Sequence record: PP627278.1
Reading direction: 5' to 3' (one strand)
Length of the DNA: 58,418 nucleotides
From: Escherichia phage KS_A3
Below the pieces are notes generated by a model. That model saw only the letters and a program-made list of their open reading frames with translations. It was not told where the DNA came from and ran no database searches. Made by a program: the position numbers and the translations under genes. This document shows, one piece after another, positions 45,291 to 54,416 of this stretch (the first letter of the stretch is position 1; every line of letters starts with the position of its first letter).

Positions 45291-47627
45291 CTCTTCTCCT
45301 AAGTTTGCCATAATACCTTCAACATCTTGCGTAATGCGCCAAGCTGCGCCAGTGAATCCCAGTTTGATAGTCTCCTCCCGTGTTACCGGAACAAGAGCAC
45401 CCATAGCAACCATTTCCTTGATCGTAGACTCGATCGCTGCGGACAATCCGTGGTGATAGTTTTTAAACGCGGACTTACTTGCAAGACGAGTAGTAATATC
45501 ACCCCGCGTGATAATGCCTTCCTTACGCAGATCTACACGTTTAACTTTCACCCAATCTTTAGTTAGATAATTCACACAAACCTGGCACATAGTACGGATA
45601 CGAGCTTCGTCATTAGTACCGATACCCCCACTATGCCATTCCTTCATAATGATATCCTGTCCATGACGCACAAAGTCCAAGGCCCATTGAACATGATAGG
45701 TCTGCACAACCGGATTGATCCAGTTTTCTCCCACAGCTAGCAGGGCGGATAGACGTAATACCTTCAGGTGCGCACGGTTCCAGGGCTGACGGATTGCTTC
45801 GTCTTTGGTTGCGTTAATATTACGGTCACATTCGTCGTTAAACTGATCACATAATGCTTCCGCATCCGGGCTAAACTGCACTTCAATACTTTGATGCTTT
45901 GCCATTGCGACTAAGGTGTGGTTAACAAGATGGCACACCATATCCCGCAAATGCTGATCCATTGTAGTCTGCTGGTTCTTGTTTAAAGGTGGTCGATCCC
46001 CTTCATAGCGGACAACATGGAAACGGGATAAGAAACCATCCTCCATCATTTCACGCGTCAACGCTTCAAAAAACGTGTCCGGTGTCGTTTCGCCCATGAT
46101 GCTATAGGCTACACCTTGTTGAGCTTCCGTATTATTAGCCTTATCAGAATAAGACATACCACCGACAATAGACATCTGACCGGACTTTTGATAAACATCG
46201 GTAAGGTCGTTCTTGAAGCTTTGCATCGGTGAACCTGCTGGCGCCGTTGCCATCGCTTTAATAATCTTACCAAACTCACCATTCAAGTTGATAAAAGATT
46301 GTTTGTCCGCAAAAGATTTACGCAGTGCGGAGCCGGAAGCACATCGGTCAAAAGATACAAAGCTATGAATCTGCGGAAACGGTTCCTGAAGCTGGCTAAC
46401 TATATTAGATAAGCCACTGTTCAACGTTTCTTTACCAACACCAGAACGGGCAATAAGGACGAAATATCCATTAAGACCGGATTGAGGAATCTGCCAAACC
46501 TTCCCGCATACGCCAGCCATAAATCCTAGTGCTGTCACAATAGAAATTTCTTTCACTGGCCGGACGGATGCTTTGTAGATGTACTTCGCAAGCTCCCCAG
46601 CAAGTCCCGGCGGCCAGTCAATAGCGGTTGCATCAATAGATGTACTTTCTGCAACTACTGTCTGCCCCTGTGTTGTTTCAACAGTTACGGGCATTTCCGC
46701 TACCTGCTGCATTGCACTGTGTGCCGCTTGCATACGGGCAGCATAATCCCGCGCCAGCGCCGCTACGTTTTCCTGGGCAATGCGCTCACGCTCCATACGA
46801 CCGCGGCACATGCGCAAACAACGGTCAATATGAACATTGTTCTTATTAGCCTTCTCACGTTTGCCCAGTGCACTGTAACGGAACAGACGGCGACATTGCT
46901 CATTACTTTCTGTGTAGAATGCATACATAGAAATAAGAGCAAGATCTGCTTCAGACTGGGAAGGGAATCCCATTTCAACCCATTCGCCATTGAATAGGCG
47001 TGCATACTTGTCCCCGTTGTCCGCTTCAAGTGCACGCTGGTGAATAGTTGCATCGTCTTCTACCGGATCTTTTTCTACCAGTTCAATTTCATATGTCTTG
47101 CGCTGAAGATCAATTTCATTCACAAGCATAGTAAGGTAATGATCACGTTCTGCAACTGGTTTGTTGTAGACGGGATTGCCCGTGCAGATAATAAAACGCT
47201 CCTGACTATAAACCTCGACACCATCACGTCGACGACCTTTACCGATGTTACCTCTTAACCACAGGTGAACACCCAAGCCTGAGCGGCTCACTTCGGTGTA
47301 AGTATCGAACGCAGTCATGATCTGTTCGAAGCGGCGCAACTGCTCCGGCGTCGTGTGCTTCTTGGGATCTGGTTCATTGGTTGCATTCTTCACATCCAGG
47401 TCGATGCAGGTGAACGGGTCTTGTGCAGTAAGCACAAAGCCAATATAAGGTTTATTGAAATGAGCGGCGCAACCTTTGGCAGCTTCAAACGTCATAAGCA
47501 TATCCGGATCGGTAACGTCCGCCGTCATCAAACGTCCAATATCGCTATCCCATACCAACGGCTTTTTATCCGCATCGGCGACCGCCCATTGTGGGAAAGC
47601 TTTAATTTCAGCGGGAAACAGTTCCAT
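45285..47627 (-). CDS. DNA primase (archaeo-eukaryotic primase / prim-pol type) with C-terminal NTPase-like domain
   Basis: 780 aa; AEP motifs CIDLDVK and SRSGLGVHLW; downstream P-loop-like ARSGVGKET. Confidence 0.6.
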   Translation of the reverse strand: MELFPAEIKAFPQWAVADADKKPLVWDSDIGRLMTADVTDPDMLMTFEAAKGCAAHFNKPYIGFVLTAQDPFTCIDLDVKNATNEPDPKKHTTPEQLRRFEQIMTAFDTYTEVSRSGLGVHLWLRGNIGKGRRRDGVEVYSQERFIICTGNPVYNKPVAERDHYLTMLVNEIDLQRKTYEIELVEKDPVEDDATIHQRALEADNGDKYARLFNGEWVEMGFPSQSEADLALISMYAFYTESNEQCRRLFRYSALGKREKANKNNVHIDRCLRMCRGRMERERIAQENVAALARDYAARMQAAHSAMQQVAEMPVTVETTQGQTVVAESTSIDATAIDWPPGLAGELAKYIYKASVRPVKEISIVTALGFMAGVCGKVWQIPQSGLNGYFVLIARSGVGKETLNSGLSNIVSQLQEPFPQIHSFVSFDRCASGSALRKSFADKQSFINLNGEFGKIIKAMATAPAGSPMQSFKNDLTDVYQKSGQMSIVGGMSYSDKANNTEAQQGVAYSIMGETTPDTFFEALTREMMEDGFLSRFHVVRYEGDRPPLNKNQQTTMDQHLRDMVCHLVNHTLVAMAKHQSIEVQFSPDAEALCDQFNDECDRNINATKDEAIRQPWNRAHLKVLRLSALLAVGENWINPVVQTYHVQWALDFVRHGQDIIMKEWHSGGIGTNDEARIRTMCQVCVNYLTKDWVKVKRVDLRKEGIITRGDITTRLASKSAFKNYHHGLSAAIESTIKEMVAMGALVPVTREETIKLGFTGAAWRITQDVEGIMANLGEEE

Positions 47628-47638
47628 GATTTATCCTT

Positions 47639-47854
47639 TTACTGAGAACTAACCATTGCACAACCGATGGCAGCAAATAAGTGCTTCTTAGTCTCGTTGA
47701 TCACTTTCTCTGCATCCAGATAGCTCTCATAATGTCCAAGGTAAATAATAGTCCCTGCAACCATAATATAAGCTGTGCGGTAATGCATATAATGCCCAAT
47801 GAACCATCCCTGCTCCCGAAGCTTATTTTGTCCAACTTCACTAAGTACCATCAT
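47639..47854 (-). CDS. hypothetical protein
   Basis: 71 aa ORF. Confidence 0.4.
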   Translation of the reverse strand: MMVLSEVGQNKLREQGWFIGHYMHYRTAYIMVAGTIIYLGHYESYLDAEKVINETKKHLFAAIGCAMVSSQ

Positions 47855-48054
47855 GACCTCCGACGCTTATCGCCTTGCATCTTTTCCAGGGCGGGCACTG
47901 CTAAGGAACGTTTGTAGATGTACTGGTTAGCAATTCTGATAGCGCCCGGAATGCTGTCACGTATGCGCGACATCTTAAACTTAGATATACCATAACGGTC
48001 TTCAATTTCCGCCGCCGTTATGTAGTTCAAATCAAATTCTGATTCGTGATCCAT
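47851..48054 (-). CDS. hypothetical protein
   Basis: start at ATG 48054 with strong SD GGAGGG (track start 48108). Confidence 0.4.
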   Translation of the reverse strand: MDHESEFDLNYITAAEIEDRYGISKFKMSRIRDSIPGAIRIANQYIYKRSLAVPALEKMQGDKRRRS

Positions 48055-48119
48055 AATACCCTCCGTTACAACCGTCCACACAATACACAGTAAAGTCTTA
48101 CTTTGCAACTATTTTTGCA

Positions 48120-48848
48120 TTATTGCGGAGTTGTGATAATATGGTTACCAACTTCTAACATAACGTCCTGCGGCTCCCTTCCCTGTCTTAAGCTAATGAG
48201 CCAATTATCAATATTAGGAAGAATATTTTTAGCCTGCTCAGAATCCCTGTAGAGTGCAAGGTCTACCCATTGAGCCCCAAGCTTCACACGGATAGCGGTA
48301 GCGGTTTCGTAATGGTGCAGGGAACACGTAGGCCAGCGACCACGATTATCCCAGTCCTGGATATCGCCGCTCCGGCGCATTCTGTACCAACGATGGGTTA
48401 GTTTATCCATTTCCTTATCCGTCAGAGCATCCCCTTTAAGTAACGCTTGGCGCTGTATCCAGGCCTTAAGCTCGGCGTTTTGCTTGCGCCCGGTTTTACC
48501 CTTATCTACTTTTACCTTAAGTGCTTCCTCATAGGGATCGTTACCCTTGCCCATGTGGTAATTGAATTTGCCCGTATAGCTGCGAAGCTCTTTGGCGTCC
48601 AGTTCATGTCCCAGCTTATCGCTCACCCATGCAAGAAAAGCCGCACGCTCTGCATCCAGCTTACCCGCTTTTTGTCTTACCGCTTTTTTAACTGGTTGCT
48701 CCACATCTTCGTTGAAGTAATCCTCCACCATAGCAAGCGCCTGAGCCTTAGTGGGCACGCCCCGTAACCGCGAGCACGCTTGCACGACCCAGGCAGCAAA
48801 GCACAAATCCTTAACCACAGTTTTAGATGTAATAGTTTCTTCGCTCAT
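48120..48848 (-). CDS. hypothetical protein (first gene downstream of AT-rich iteron region)
   Basis: 242 aa, SD AGGAGG. Confidence 0.5.
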   Translation of the reverse strand: MSEETITSKTVVKDLCFAAWVVQACSRLRGVPTKAQALAMVEDYFNEDVEQPVKKAVRQKAGKLDAERAAFLAWVSDKLGHELDAKELRSYTGKFNYHMGKGNDPYEEALKVKVDKGKTGRKQNAELKAWIQRQALLKGDALTDKEMDKLTHRWYRMRRSGDIQDWDNRGRWPTCSLHHYETATAIRVKLGAQWVDLALYRDSEQAKNILPNIDNWLISLRQGREPQDVMLEVGNHIITTPQ

Positions 48849-48859
48849 AAATCCTCCTA

Positions 48860-49150
48860 GTGAACTGGTAATGCCACTATAAAACAGCTATTAGCTATTT
48901 GCAAGAATTGTTTTAATATAGTGCTTAGTGGCGTACATAGTGGGCAAAGCGTGTATAGTACGCCGTTACTGGCTTTGTAAAAGTTTGCCACTATAAACCA
49001 CTATCCCACTATTCACTAATTTTTTATTTTTACACAGAGCAAAGTTTATAAGTTTACGGTTTTCCCCTTATTACCCCGTTTTCAAACAAAGAATTAGTAG
49101 TAGTAGTGAAAACGTGTAAATGCCACTATCACTACTATACTATTAATTAT
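48860..49150. repeat. iteron-like array of CCACTAT motifs in both orientations
   Basis: about ten copies of CCACTAT or its complement ATAGTGG clustered at 48872-49145. Confidence 0.6.
48876..48904 (-). promoter_or_regulatory. candidate sigma70-like promoter
   Basis: on - strand TTGCAA, 17-nt spacer, TATAGT; about 25 nt upstream of the 48848 start codon. Confidence 0.35.
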
Positions 49151-49517
49151 CTGAAAAAAGTTGGGAGTATACCCCTATAAACTTATAAACTTTCAGTCAA
49201 CTAACTAAAATAAACCTAATTAAACTAATATTAATAATAACTATAAATATATATAAAATAAGGATTTATTATTATTGTATATAGTACCTATTGGTATTAT
49301 GTGATGAGTTTATAGTCATTAAATAAACTCTATAAATTTTAATAAACCTGAACGGATGCAGATCAAAAACGAGAAGTCAAGTGCTTTTGAGGGAAATTTA
49401 TTGAACTATTGTAATCGGAAGGTATATCAAGCTATAATGCGCTTAATCGCGGGATATTGGAGGAGGACTTTATTGCGCGGTTAACCGGACCAGTAGGAGG
49501 GCTGGCCCGGAAGTAGT

Positions 49518-49844
49518 TTAGAGCTGTACAGGTGTGAAGTGGGCTAGCGTATCGTCGGACATAACACCCGACAGTTTTTCGCTTACCCATTCGGACCAAA
49601 TACTATCCGGTTCCTGGCGGTGTACAAACCAGATCTCGGATGTGCCTTCTTTGCGCATCGGTTGCACTTCTGCAAGGAACTTGTCCTGCATAAGGCGGGT
49701 GAAGCAGACGCTGGTCATTGGAACCGGCTTTTCGTCCTTATTGTAATAAGGGATTAATATTTTATTCCCGAAGTTGCCAACTTCATAAACTGTTCCTTTG
49801 CGAAGCCCTCTGATGTCTGTGTAAGAGCGGATGAACGTTTTCAT
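49518..49844 (-). CDS. hypothetical protein
   Basis: 108 aa ORF with SD AGGAG. Confidence 0.45.
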   Translation of the reverse strand: MKTFIRSYTDIRGLRKGTVYEVGNFGNKILIPYYNKDEKPVPMTSVCFTRLMQDKFLAEVQPMRKEGTSEIWFVHRQEPDSIWSEWVSEKLSGVMSDDTLAHFTPVQL

Positions 49845-49894
49845 GTTTACTCCTAGGGCTCCCGCAGAAGCCCGTTGGTTGATGTGGTTATAGA

Positions 49895-50377
49895 TTATGC
49901 GTCCAGTCCGTGGTTGGCGTGAAATTTGTAATGCTCTTCCGCTTGTTTACGGGCCTGTTTTGCGTCCTCTATAGTATCATATAAACCTAGATACTTTTTC
50001 AATCCGTTTATTTGAATGTAAGCCTGAAATTTACATGCCTTTTTATTAAAGTAAACTCCTGTTACTCCGGTAGAGTTATTTATTGCCCTGCTAAGATTTT
50101 TACTATTATCGCTTGGCAACACTAAGCGCAAATTCTCTATGCGGTCGTCCCATGTACAATGATTAATATGGTCTATTTGATGCCCTTCCGGTATCGGGCC
50201 TTTATGCAACTCCCATACTAACCTTGAACGACGATATAGTTTTCCCTTGTATCCTATCAGGATGTATCCGCGCTTATTTGGTACACCAGCTTTACTACCG
50301 ATAGAAATCTGTTTAGCTGGTTTTATTTTCCAAAATAATTCTCCGTTTTGATAGCTGAAGATATTATTTAAGTCCAT
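49895..50377 (-). CDS. HNH homing endonuclease with AP2-like DNA-binding domain
   Basis: 160 aa; IDHINHCTWDDRIENL HNH motif; GVTGVYFNKK...YLGLYDTIEDA AP2-like segment. Confidence 0.65.
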   Translation of the reverse strand: MDLNNIFSYQNGELFWKIKPAKQISIGSKAGVPNKRGYILIGYKGKLYRRSRLVWELHKGPIPEGHQIDHINHCTWDDRIENLRLVLPSDNSKNLSRAINNSTGVTGVYFNKKACKFQAYIQINGLKKYLGLYDTIEDAKQARKQAEEHYKFHANHGLDA

Positions 50378-50975
50378 GATAAGTTCTCCAAGCGTAGAAC
50401 TGAATGGCGACCGTTGTCCCGTTGTAAGAAGGCATTGCAGCTTTCATTTCTTTCAGCTCCGGCGTGCGGCCCAGTTCGGCTAAAAGTTTATCGCCCATTG
50501 CCCACACTTCGGCGGTTTTTCCTTTCAGAGGCTTGCGAGCGCCATTTTTGAAATCGCAGCGAGCAGCTTTTGCATCCTGTTTTGGCGCGGCAGCTTTTGG
50601 CTCTTCAATTTTGATCTCAGAAACCTGCGTGGCAGCTTTTGCGTGTTTCATATCTTTCTCTTCCTCCTGCTCCAGAGCTTCGAGGCAGCTTTTGACGATT
50701 TCCGGATTTACCATCGGGCGCAGTACCGAGACGCTGGCAGCTGGCGCGGCGGTTGGTGCTGGGACTTTCTGCTCCGGCTGTTGCGCTTTTTTATGGTCGC
50801 GCAGTACCTGAAGCACTTCCTTCTCGACGATGTAAAAACCAATCTCATCCTGATGGATTAACTGCTCGTGTGCGTCGCGTGCAACCTGGCCCCAGCGGGT
50901 CTTAAGGGCGCGGCGTGCATTCGTTTTCATGGTGTAACGCATTTTGTCCTGTTCGCGGTGAGTTACTTTAGACAT
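50364..50975 (-). CDS. hypothetical protein
   Basis: 203 aa, SD AAGGAG. Confidence 0.45.
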   Translation of the reverse strand: MSKVTHREQDKMRYTMKTNARRALKTRWGQVARDAHEQLIHQDEIGFYIVEKEVLQVLRDHKKAQQPEQKVPAPTAAPAASVSVLRPMVNPEIVKSCLEALEQEEEKDMKHAKAATQVSEIKIEEPKAAAPKQDAKAARCDFKNGARKPLKGKTAEVWAMGDKLLAELGRTPELKEMKAAMPSYNGTTVAIQFYAWRTYHGLK

Positions 50976-51054
50976 GGTATAGCTCCTTTAGTTATCTTGC
51001 TTAAGTAGGTTTATTATAACAGACTGTGTTTCAGTCTGTTAGATATAAATCAAC

Positions 51055-51279
51055 TTATTTAACCATCAAGGCCCATCTTTTATAGCCGTTCAGCTCCAGT
51101 CTATGACCGTGATCGTTGCAATAACGTTGGATATTATTAAAGTCGTTATCATTCATATCGCTAACATCAATATTAAAATAGTTGCGCTTTGCAGCTGTAA
51201 CGTATTGGGACAATTGTATTGAGTACAGATGTTCAATGTTGTCGATAATAGCTTGCTGAACTTTAGTGATAGTAGCCAT
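51055..51279 (-). CDS. hypothetical protein
   Basis: 74 aa; preceded on - strand by an A8-G9 homopolymer pair acting as SD. Confidence 0.4.
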   Translation of the reverse strand: MATITKVQQAIIDNIEHLYSIQLSQYVTAAKRNYFNIDVSDMNDNDFNNIQRYCNDHGHRLELNGYKRWALMVK

Positions 51280-51286
51280 GATGCAA

Positions 51287-51303
51287 CCCCCCCCCTTTTT
51301 TTT
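51287..51303. repeat. C9-T8 homopolymer tract
   Basis: CCCCCCCCCTTTTTTTT read directly; 7 nt upstream of the - strand ATG. Confidence 0.9.
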
Positions 51304-51532
51304 ATGTGGTTAAGCAGTATTTCTTTGTTGAAGTAATAATAGTCTTGCATCGTGATATTAAATAGGCCAAAAGTGCTCTTTTAGAATTGTTTTGCATCTA
51401 GTGAAAAATACGCTTGCCCTGCATGTTTAGCACTAAGGGCCTAACTAACATCACATCATCTGGAGTATTCGCGCAGGTGTACACATACATATAAAGCTGC
51501 CAAATATTTTTATAAAAAGATGCAAAAAGGTG

Positions 51533-51561
51533 TAGACACATGATCGGTCTAGCACTACTAT
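51533..51561 (+). promoter_or_regulatory. candidate promoter for + strand late/accessory block
   Basis: TAGACA, 17-nt spacer, TACTAT, about 45 nt upstream of the 51608 start. Confidence 0.3.
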
Positions 51562-51607
51562 ATACATACCGCAAGGTGCTACAAATTAACTTAAAGGGGT
51601 CTACATC

Positions 51608-51892
51608 ATGTCCATCGTCACTATGTCGTTCTTCGACCATTGCAATAACGAAAAACAAATTATCGTGAACCTGCAAAAAGGATCTGTTGTCGCACGCAAT
51701 GCTAACCGCCAATGCATCGCGCTAACCGATTTTGCTTTCCGCCTTAACGTGGACAACACTACCGCCAAAAATATCGTTCACGATACAGCGTTGGAAGCTG
51801 CTCACGCTGCGAAGGATAAAGGTATCCGCGACGCACGCAAAATCATGCACAAGGCGCTCGGCATCACGTTCTTCGTTGGGATTAAGGGGTAA
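51608..51892 (+). CDS. hypothetical protein
   Basis: 94 aa ORF with SD. Confidence 0.45.
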   Translation: MSIVTMSFFDHCNNEKQIIVNLQKGSVVARNANRQCIALTDFAFRLNVDNTTAKNIVHDTALEAAHAAKDKGIRDARKIMHKALGITFFVGIKG

Positions 51893-51897
51893 CTACT

Positions 51898-52038
51898 ATG
51901 TCACGCAAATACACGCTTACACGCGCACAGCACGCGTTATTATTGCAGGTTATGCGCGCAGAATATGCAGTTCATGGCTGGCATAGTGCCATGATGCGCG
52001 GTAAAAGCATATATGCGGACATGCGCTCGCAAGGATAA
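51898..52038 (+). CDS. hypothetical small protein (46 aa)
   Basis: below track cutoff; SD AAGGGG; basic (MSRKYTLTRAQHALLLQVMRAEYAVHGWHSAMMRGKSIYADMRSQG). Confidence 0.3.
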   Translation: MSRKYTLTRAQHALLLQVMRAEYAVHGWHSAMMRGKSIYADMRSQG

Positions 52039-52465
52039 CGCACACAGCAGCACCACAGCGAGCTAATGTACATAGGTAATGGTAATGCATTAGCTCGGGC
52101 GAAACAGGCGCACAGCGTCGCACACAGCTCGCACAGCGCACACAGACCCACGCAGGCCCAGCCGCGCGACCCGACCCACCCTTTTCCAGGTACTTGGATC
52201 GCTGGGGCGTGCCCTGTCTATCCTGATAGTAAGTCCTTGCCTAAATCTCACCTGTCACATCCCTGTCCGCCTACATCCATGACCCCACCTACCTTCTTTT
52301 TGAATATATTGCGCTCATCCTTTCTAAATATATGGATTTTGGTAGTAAATTCTGAGTCGTCAACGTATAATTCGTCTTGTAGCTGCTCCATAGCTATCAT
52401 CTTTAAGCGGATGCAACCAATTTCTATCAGTTCACACCTGTTTTTAGAGCATCGAGGAGGTATTT

Positions 52466-52717
52466 ATGTGCGACTCCAGTGCAAGCGCTGCACCCAGCAC
52501 CTCCAGCAATGTGGTTACAGAGGTAAATGCAATGCGATTAGGCCCATATCGCGGGTATTATGGTCGGGCAGCATGGAATGACGCTACTCAACGTTTTGAA
52601 GGCTGGATTATCTGTCCGGAACGTGTTAAATTTCACTCCGTAAAAGAGAAAAATATCGTTCTTAATTTTCAAAAATGTGTCACTAAATATGTAGAGGAGC
52701 AAGAAGAATGCGTGTAA
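52466..52717 (+). CDS. hypothetical protein
   Basis: 83 aa, strong SD GAGGAGG. Confidence 0.5.
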   Translation: MCDSSASAAPSTSSNVVTEVNAMRLGPYRGYYGRAAWNDATQRFEGWIICPERVKFHSVKEKNIVLNFQKCVTKYVEEQEECV

Positions 52718-52950
52718 AAGACGAGCAAAAGACAGTTGACTACTTCGGAATGCAAATTGTTGTTCCGGAATGGGTTAAATGGCTTGCTGTCGATGGTGAC
52801 GGTAAATTATTCGGTTATGAATGTGAGCCCGACATTTTAGTTAATGAAGATTGGGATGAATGGTACAGTGAAGAAGGTAAATGCCGCTGCATTACAGAAG
52901 TCATCCTTGAAGAAGAACATTGGTCACAAACCTTAGTGGAGCTTTTTTAA
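52708..52950 (+). CDS. hypothetical protein, paralogous family member
   Basis: 80 aa; VPEWVKWLAVDGDGKLFGYE...WSQTLVEL. Confidence 0.5.
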   Translation: MRVKDEQKTVDYFGMQIVVPEWVKWLAVDGDGKLFGYECEPDILVNEDWDEWYSEEGKCRCITEVILEEEHWSQTLVELF

Positions 52951-53240
52951 TGCACGTAGAAGATATTGTTGAAGGTAAAGAGTATCGTTTACTGACCGAT
53001 ATTGGTGGTGTCGGATATACTCCGGATGATGCAGCTTGTTTTAATGTCCTTCCGCAAGGTGCTATCGTGACAGTTAACAAGGTCGTTACCGATTTATACA
53101 GTGTTCATGACGGCAGATGGCCACATGCAGTTATTGTTACCTTCGGTAAAGATGGTTATGTGGACCTTGATGGCGAAGACGATACTTACGAAGTTGCTTA
53201 TACAGGTCTGGTAAGCCCCAATTTCCTGGAAGAAGTATAA
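52950..53240 (+). CDS. hypothetical protein
   Basis: ATG at 52950 overlaps upstream stop (TAATG); track start 52920 is over-extended. Confidence 0.45.
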   Translation: MHVEDIVEGKEYRLLTDIGGVGYTPDDAACFNVLPQGAIVTVNKVVTDLYSVHDGRWPHAVIVTFGKDGYVDLDGEDDTYEVAYTGLVSPNFLEEV

Positions 53241-53291
53241 TTATCAATCTATAATGGGCTCTACGGAGCCCTTAATTATCTGGAGATTGTT

Positions 53292-53588
53292 ATGCTGTAT
53301 TTAGGAATGGACGAAACTGGACACGCGATTCCTTCTGTTAACAAGGAGACGCAAGTATTTACCGACTATTACGGGTCTGCTATCCCTGTAGAGCCCTGGG
53401 CTAACTTTATCGCTGTAGATGCAGATGGTAAAGTTCATTGTTATGACGGCAAACCTTCTTGCTATCAATCTGGTAAGCAATGGATGCTTGGCGTATACGG
53501 TTTGCAGGTCCGCTACTGCGGCGAAGTTGACATTGAAGGTGTGGACTGGCGCGATACGTTGAAGGAGATTAAAGATGTCCGCGGCTGA
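53292..53588 (+). CDS. hypothetical protein, paralogous family member
   Basis: 98 aa; VEPWANFIAVDADGKVHCYD...WRDTLKEI. Confidence 0.5.
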   Translation: MLYLGMDETGHAIPSVNKETQVFTDYYGSAIPVEPWANFIAVDADGKVHCYDGKPSCYQSGKQWMLGVYGLQVRYCGEVDIEGVDWRDTLKEIKDVRG

Positions 53589-53661
53589 AGTTACGACATT
53601 TATAATAGCTTTTGCTGTTGCTTTATTCCTTATAGCTAAGTTAGATTTAATGATGGGATAG
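53575..53661 (+). CDS. 28-aa hydrophobic peptide (MSAAEVTTFIIAFAVALFLIAKLDLMMG)
   Basis: below track cutoff; SD AAGGAG 8 nt upstream; single predicted TM helix. Confidence 0.3.
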   Translation: MSAAEVTTFIIAFAVALFLIAKLDLMMG

Positions 53662-53664
53662 TTT

Positions 53665-53889
53665 ATGCGCTTACTCATGGTGTTAGGCGTTATACTTGCC
53701 GCTTTCGTTGTATTTGCAATTGTAGACTCTAAAGAAATGGAGCGGCAAAACTGCCAACGTACTGGTAACAGCCGGGATGATATCATTTGGCAATATATTT
53801 ACGATGCAAAAGGTAATGTTATGTCAATGTATCCTCAGGTTATTACTGAGTATGAATATAAATGTAATGACCGTAACAGGTGGAGATAA
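53665..53889 (+). CDS. hypothetical membrane protein
   Basis: 74 aa, N-terminal TM helix. Confidence 0.45.
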   Translation: MRLLMVLGVILAAFVVFAIVDSKEMERQNCQRTGNSRDDIIWQYIYDAKGNVMSMYPQVITEYEYKCNDRNRWR

Positions 53890-54083
53890 TAATGGATAGA
53901 CTATCCGATGAGCGCGTTGCTAAGCTTGCAGAATATGACTGTGCAAGCAATGAGGAGGTTATGTCTTTAGCACAAGAGGTGAAGGAACTTCGAGCTGTAG
54001 CAAAGGACTTCCTGCGTCGTAATAAATATGGTCCTTTGTTCTATCGTGATCTGTATAACCGTTTTAAGGAGATTGTGAAATGA
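53880..54083 (+). CDS. hypothetical protein
   Basis: 67 aa ORF. Confidence 0.4.
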   Translation: MEIIMDRLSDERVAKLAEYDCASNEEVMSLAQEVKELRAVAKDFLRRNKYGPLFYRDLYNRFKEIVK

Positions 54084-54349
54084 TTACCGCTCAAGAAGCT
54101 CGTGAATTAAGCGATAAGCTGGATATTAGCGAAGATATTGAATTTATCAGTAACAGCATTCGCGTAGCTGCTACAAAGGGATACAATAAAGTATCACTGG
54201 TAACAAAATACGGATCTGTTGGCAATCCCGACACTCAAGACCCAACCACTATGAAGATTGCTAAATGGTTAGCTGATTCTGGTTTTACGGTGTTATATTA
54301 TCCTTCAATGGACCAACGTGATAACGAGCGTACTGAGGTAGCATGGTGA
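54080..54349 (+). CDS. hypothetical protein
   Basis: 89 aa ORF. Confidence 0.4.
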   Translation: MITAQEARELSDKLDISEDIEFISNSIRVAATKGYNKVSLVTKYGSVGNPDTQDPTTMKIAKWLADSGFTVLYYPSMDQRDNERTEVAW

Positions 54350-54416
54350 TTGAAGAAAATATCAAATATTGGAAAGGCTTTATTGACGAAATGTTGAAAC
54401 CATTGGAGAAGAAATA

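Noticed and set aside
52039-52150. CRISPR array
   Set aside because: The only tandem repeats here are short degenerate CACAG-type units with no regular repeat-spacer periodicity; no CRISPR-like array anywhere in the window
52066-52581. 171-aa + strand ORF covering the C-rich noncoding island
   Set aside because: No Shine-Dalgarno, Ser/His/Pro/Cys-rich low-complexity translation, and it runs 115 nt into the strongly initiated gene at 52466 in another frame; treated as noncoding
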